Assembly: GCA_942493095.1 (NCBI GenBank)
Contig: OW818675.1
Coordinates: forward strand, 1,860,001-1,892,000
Reading direction: 5' to 3'
DNA from: Candidatus Electronema halotolerans
GTDB lineage: Bacteria; Desulfobacterota; Desulfobulbia; Desulfobulbales; Desulfobulbaceae
Length of the DNA stretch: 32,000 bases
Every line of letters begins with the position of its first letter. The first letter of the stretch is position 1. Positions 29,883-32,000 of this stretch are shown one piece after another. Below the pieces are notes generated by a model. That model did not search any database and was not told the origin of the DNA. It saw nothing but the letters and a program-made list of their open reading frames with translations. The translations under genes and the position numbers were made by a program.

Positions 29883-30083
29883 ATGATGCGGACTCAAGCC
29901 ATGCCGGAACAAAACGAAAGCGCAGTGGAAAAAGCTCTGGAAAAGGCGGCCAAAATAATCTGCACCCTGAAGTGCGGACGCTGCCCGATGCAGGAGGAGA
30001 ATTTTCCCGGCTGTCCCTGTGTCTGCCATGAAGATATTGTCCCGTGGCAGTGCTGGATATCCTATCTGCGGGCAACAGCATGA
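29883..30083 (+). CDS. 66-aa Cys-rich protein of unknown function
   Basis: Strong SD (aggaggagaaaATG); MMRTQAMPEQNESAVEKALEKAAKIICTLKCGRCPMQEENFPGCPCVCHEDIVPWQCWISYLRATA with 7 Cys. Confidence 0.6.
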   Translation: MMRTQAMPEQNESAVEKALEKAAKIICTLKCGRCPMQEENFPGCPCVCHEDIVPWQCWISYLRATA

Positions 30084-30115
30084 GCAATTTCACAATCAGG
30101 AGGCGCAGGAAACGA

Positions 30116-30484
30116 ATGAGTGATTTTTTGCAGCTCCGGCTGCTGCCGGGCGGTCAGGCGGTTCCGGCCAGCCCGGAAGGCAAGTTGAACTGCTGGGAAT
30201 TCAGAAAGTGCGGTCGCGAGCCGGGCGGCGCAAACGCCTCTCATGCCGGAACCTGTCCGGCGGCAGTTGAAGCGCGGGCGGACGGCATTCACAGCGGCAT
30301 GAACGGCGGACGCTGCTGCTGGGCTGTGACCGCCGCCCTGCGGCAGCAGGGTATCTGTTTGGACCAGTGTGGCGGCGACTGTGATGGCTGTGATTTTTAT
30401 CGCTTGGTCAGGAACGAGGAGGAGCAGCGGCTGGTGCTCAGGCATATCCGGCCTGCCGCCCTGCTCAGAAGCAAGATGTTCTGA
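30116..30484 (+). CDS. two-CW-domain-like small Cys-rich protein
   Basis: SD (caggaggcgcagg), MSDFLQLRLLPGG...NCWEFRKCGREPGG...TCPAAVEARADGIHSGMNGGRCCWAV...GGDCDGCDFYRLVRNEE; matches the recognised CWEFxKCGREPGG...CPA...CWAV...C..C.F pattern. Confidence 0.75.
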   Translation: MSDFLQLRLLPGGQAVPASPEGKLNCWEFRKCGREPGGANASHAGTCPAAVEARADGIHSGMNGGRCCWAVTAALRQQGICLDQCGGDCDGCDFYRLVRNEEEQRLVLRHIRPAALLRSKMF

Positions 30485-30512
30485 GGCAAGTCAGCAGAAG
30501 GCCGGACCGCTC

Positions 30513-31583
30513 TCAGAGCTTCAGCACCAGCACGTCCGCCAGCCAGCCTGCGTAGCTGCTCCTGATCATCTCGGTCAGGGCGGCATGGTTGTTGACCGTG
30601 ATGTTCAGGCTGCTGACAGCGGAACCGGCAAAGCCGGGCAGGGTGTATTCTCCGTCAGCAGTTGCGGTGACGACATCGCCTGCCGCGCCGTCCTCCTGCA
30701 TATCCAGCAGACCGAGGCGCAGGCGGCTGTCCGCCGGATCCAGCCCCGCCTGAACACGCAAGGTCTCATCCGCAGTCAAGCTGCCGCCGGTGACAGTCAC
30801 ATAAGGGGCGGTCGCGTTGTTGGTCAGGATGCCGACCTCCATATTCGGATGGTCAAAACCGGTCACAGTCAGGGGCGAGCGCAGCTTGCGGCGGCAAGTG
30901 CCGGTGCGGAGTGTGCCATGCGCGGTGTAGCGGGTGCTGAGGGAAAGGATGTATTCATTGTTCCACGGCGCATCTTGGGCCGGGATGTGCGGCACCAGCA
31001 AGACTTCACTGTTGCTGACAGAGGCGAACTGGCTCTGCACCGCCCTGCCGCTGCGGGTCCCTTCGATCACGCAGCCGCAGTCCGGGGCAGTCCGATCAAA
31101 GTCGAGATTGCTGCCGGTCAGCCGGAGCACGCCGTCCGGGTTGAGAACATTGTTCAGCTTGAGCACCGTGTCTTCCGCCGAACTGATCACGGGCAGTTTT
31201 TCTTCGGCAGACACACGTTCTATGTGAACTTGCCGCCCAACCTCTTTGACAAGGGTGCGCGAAGCCGAGACCTTGACCCGCAGCATGTCCTCAACCGGCG
31301 GCAGCGGGTCGTCCGGCTCGTCCAGACGGACATTGAAGGAAAGGCTGTAGCTGAAGGCATTTTTCAGCGTGACCTTATTGCCGTTGACAAGCTGCTTCAT
31401 GATCATCTTGTCCCGCGCCATCAGCACTGCTTTGATCATTTCCTCGTCCCAGAGCGGATTGTCCCGCGCCATTTCCGCAGCCAGTTCATCATAGCCGAGG
31501 ACATTCCGCGCTATGAAGCGCAAGTTGTAGGACGGAGGCACGGTCATGGCGTTCGGTTCGGGCCGGCATAGGATAGTGTTCAT
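30513..31583 (-). CDS. DUF4469-like protein (N-terminal HU/IHF-like region, C-terminal repeat domain)
   Basis: MNTILCRPEPNAMTVPPSYNLRFIARNVLGYDELAAEMARDNP...LKNAFSYSLSFNVRLDEPDDPLPP...VLKLNNVLNPDGVLRLTGSNLDFDRTAPDCGCVI...; family recognised by pattern only. Confidence 0.6.
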   Translation of the reverse strand: MNTILCRPEPNAMTVPPSYNLRFIARNVLGYDELAAEMARDNPLWDEEMIKAVLMARDKMIMKQLVNGNKVTLKNAFSYSLSFNVRLDEPDDPLPPVEDMLRVKVSASRTLVKEVGRQVHIERVSAEEKLPVISSAEDTVLKLNNVLNPDGVLRLTGSNLDFDRTAPDCGCVIEGTRSGRAVQSQFASVSNSEVLLVPHIPAQDAPWNNEYILSLSTRYTAHGTLRTGTCRRKLRSPLTVTGFDHPNMEVGILTNNATAPYVTVTGGSLTADETLRVQAGLDPADSRLRLGLLDMQEDGAAGDVVTATADGEYTLPGFAGSAVSSLNITVNNHAALTEMIRSSYAGWLADVLVLKL

Positions 31584-31641
31584 AGCGATTCTCCAATTGA
31601 ATTCAACTGCTTGATACTTCCGACAATATTCCTGACTCAGC

Positions 31642-31670
31642 AGCTTACGGAGGCGGCGGGGTTTTGTCAA
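31642..31670 (-). promoter_or_regulatory. candidate sigma70-type promoter for the 30513..31583 gene
   Basis: Minus strand: TTGACA (31665-31670), 17-nt spacer, TAAGCT (31642-31647). The -35 is perfect, the -10 is weak. Confidence 0.4.
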
Positions 31671-31700
31671 GCCTATTTTTTTCCGTCCTGGCAGCCAGTG

Positions 31701-31840
31701 TCTTGTCAGACAAGTCCCAAGGCAGTTGTCAAGAAACTCCTTTGGGAGTTATCAGAGAACTGACTAAGGAGTTGTGAAGAAACTGCCAAGGGACTTGTCA
31801 GACAACTTGCCGGGCAGTTGCCAAGCAACTCGCTGGTGAG
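31701..31840. repeat. array of six 15-bp dyads at exact 23-bp period (plus a partial seventh)
   Basis: TCTTGTCAGACAAGT@31701, AGTTGTCAAGAAACT@31724, AGTTATCAGAGAACT@31747, AGTTGTGAAGAAACT@31770, ACTTGTCAGACAACT@31793, AGTTGCCAAGCAACT@31816, then AGTT@31839; 8-nt linkers, several containing CCAAGG-like sequence. Confidence 0.85.
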
Positions 31841-32000
31841 TTCCGCAGCAGAATCCTTGCTGTGTCCGCGTCTTTCAGCCAGCTATAAACACAGGAACTC
31901 TCTTCCCAGAAAAAGCGTAAAAAAGCGTTGATCTTTCCGCCTGTCAGTGCTTGTCTTATCGCAGGAGCTTGTATTTTCATCAACAAATGGAGGAGAACCA

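Noticed and set aside
30369-31571. 400-aa plus-strand ORF overlapping the DUF4469-like gene
   Set aside because: The opposite strand has the protein-like composition, a canonical start and an upstream promoter; the plus-strand translation has no domain pattern.
31701-31840. Interpretation of the 23-bp array as a CRISPR
   Set aside because: Linkers are only 8 nt and partly conserved, repeats are 15 nt and degenerate, and no cas genes are present.

Overview
This 32 kb window is an ordinary bacterial chromosome segment. Gene content suggests a delta-proteobacterium/Desulfobulbales-like organism, but that is inference. From left to right it holds: (1) a glycan-assembly cluster (GT4-like glycosyltransferase running off the left edge, GT9 heptosyltransferase, GT2 glycosyltransferase), then an orphan RND-type periplasmic adaptor; (2) an accessory stretch at ~4.4-8.4 kb with a frameshifted gene remnant, two secreted DUF1566/Lcl_C proteins, and a CopG/RHH antitoxin fused at its stop codon to the last 29 codons of a RelE-like toxin; (3) a CooC-like ATPase, FtsE, FtsX, EnvC-like M23 and CtpA-like S41 set; (4) a XerC/D-type recombinase and a small Cys-rich secreted protein; (5) on the minus strand, the conserved rpsB-tsf-pyrH-frr-uppS-cdsA-dxr-rseP-tsaB order, interrupted at three junctions by accessory genes. 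The interruptions are a tandem pair of PD-(D/E)XK-like nuclease-fold paralogs (pyrH/frr), a small ORF plus truncated nucleotidyltransferase (uppS/cdsA), and a 580-aa unknown protein plus HicAB (dxr/rseP); (6) a membrane PAS-GGDEF-EAL protein, two small Cys-rich proteins (one two-CW type), and a DUF4469-like protein. An exact 23-bp-period array of 15-bp dyads lies just upstream of that last gene's probable promoter. The most notable items are the dyad array, the nuclease-fold pair inside the translation/lipid operon, the small Cys-rich gene pair, and the degraded toxin and nucleotidyltransferase remnants. I found no CRISPR array, rRNA, tRNA or intact mobile element, and no clearly new complete system.
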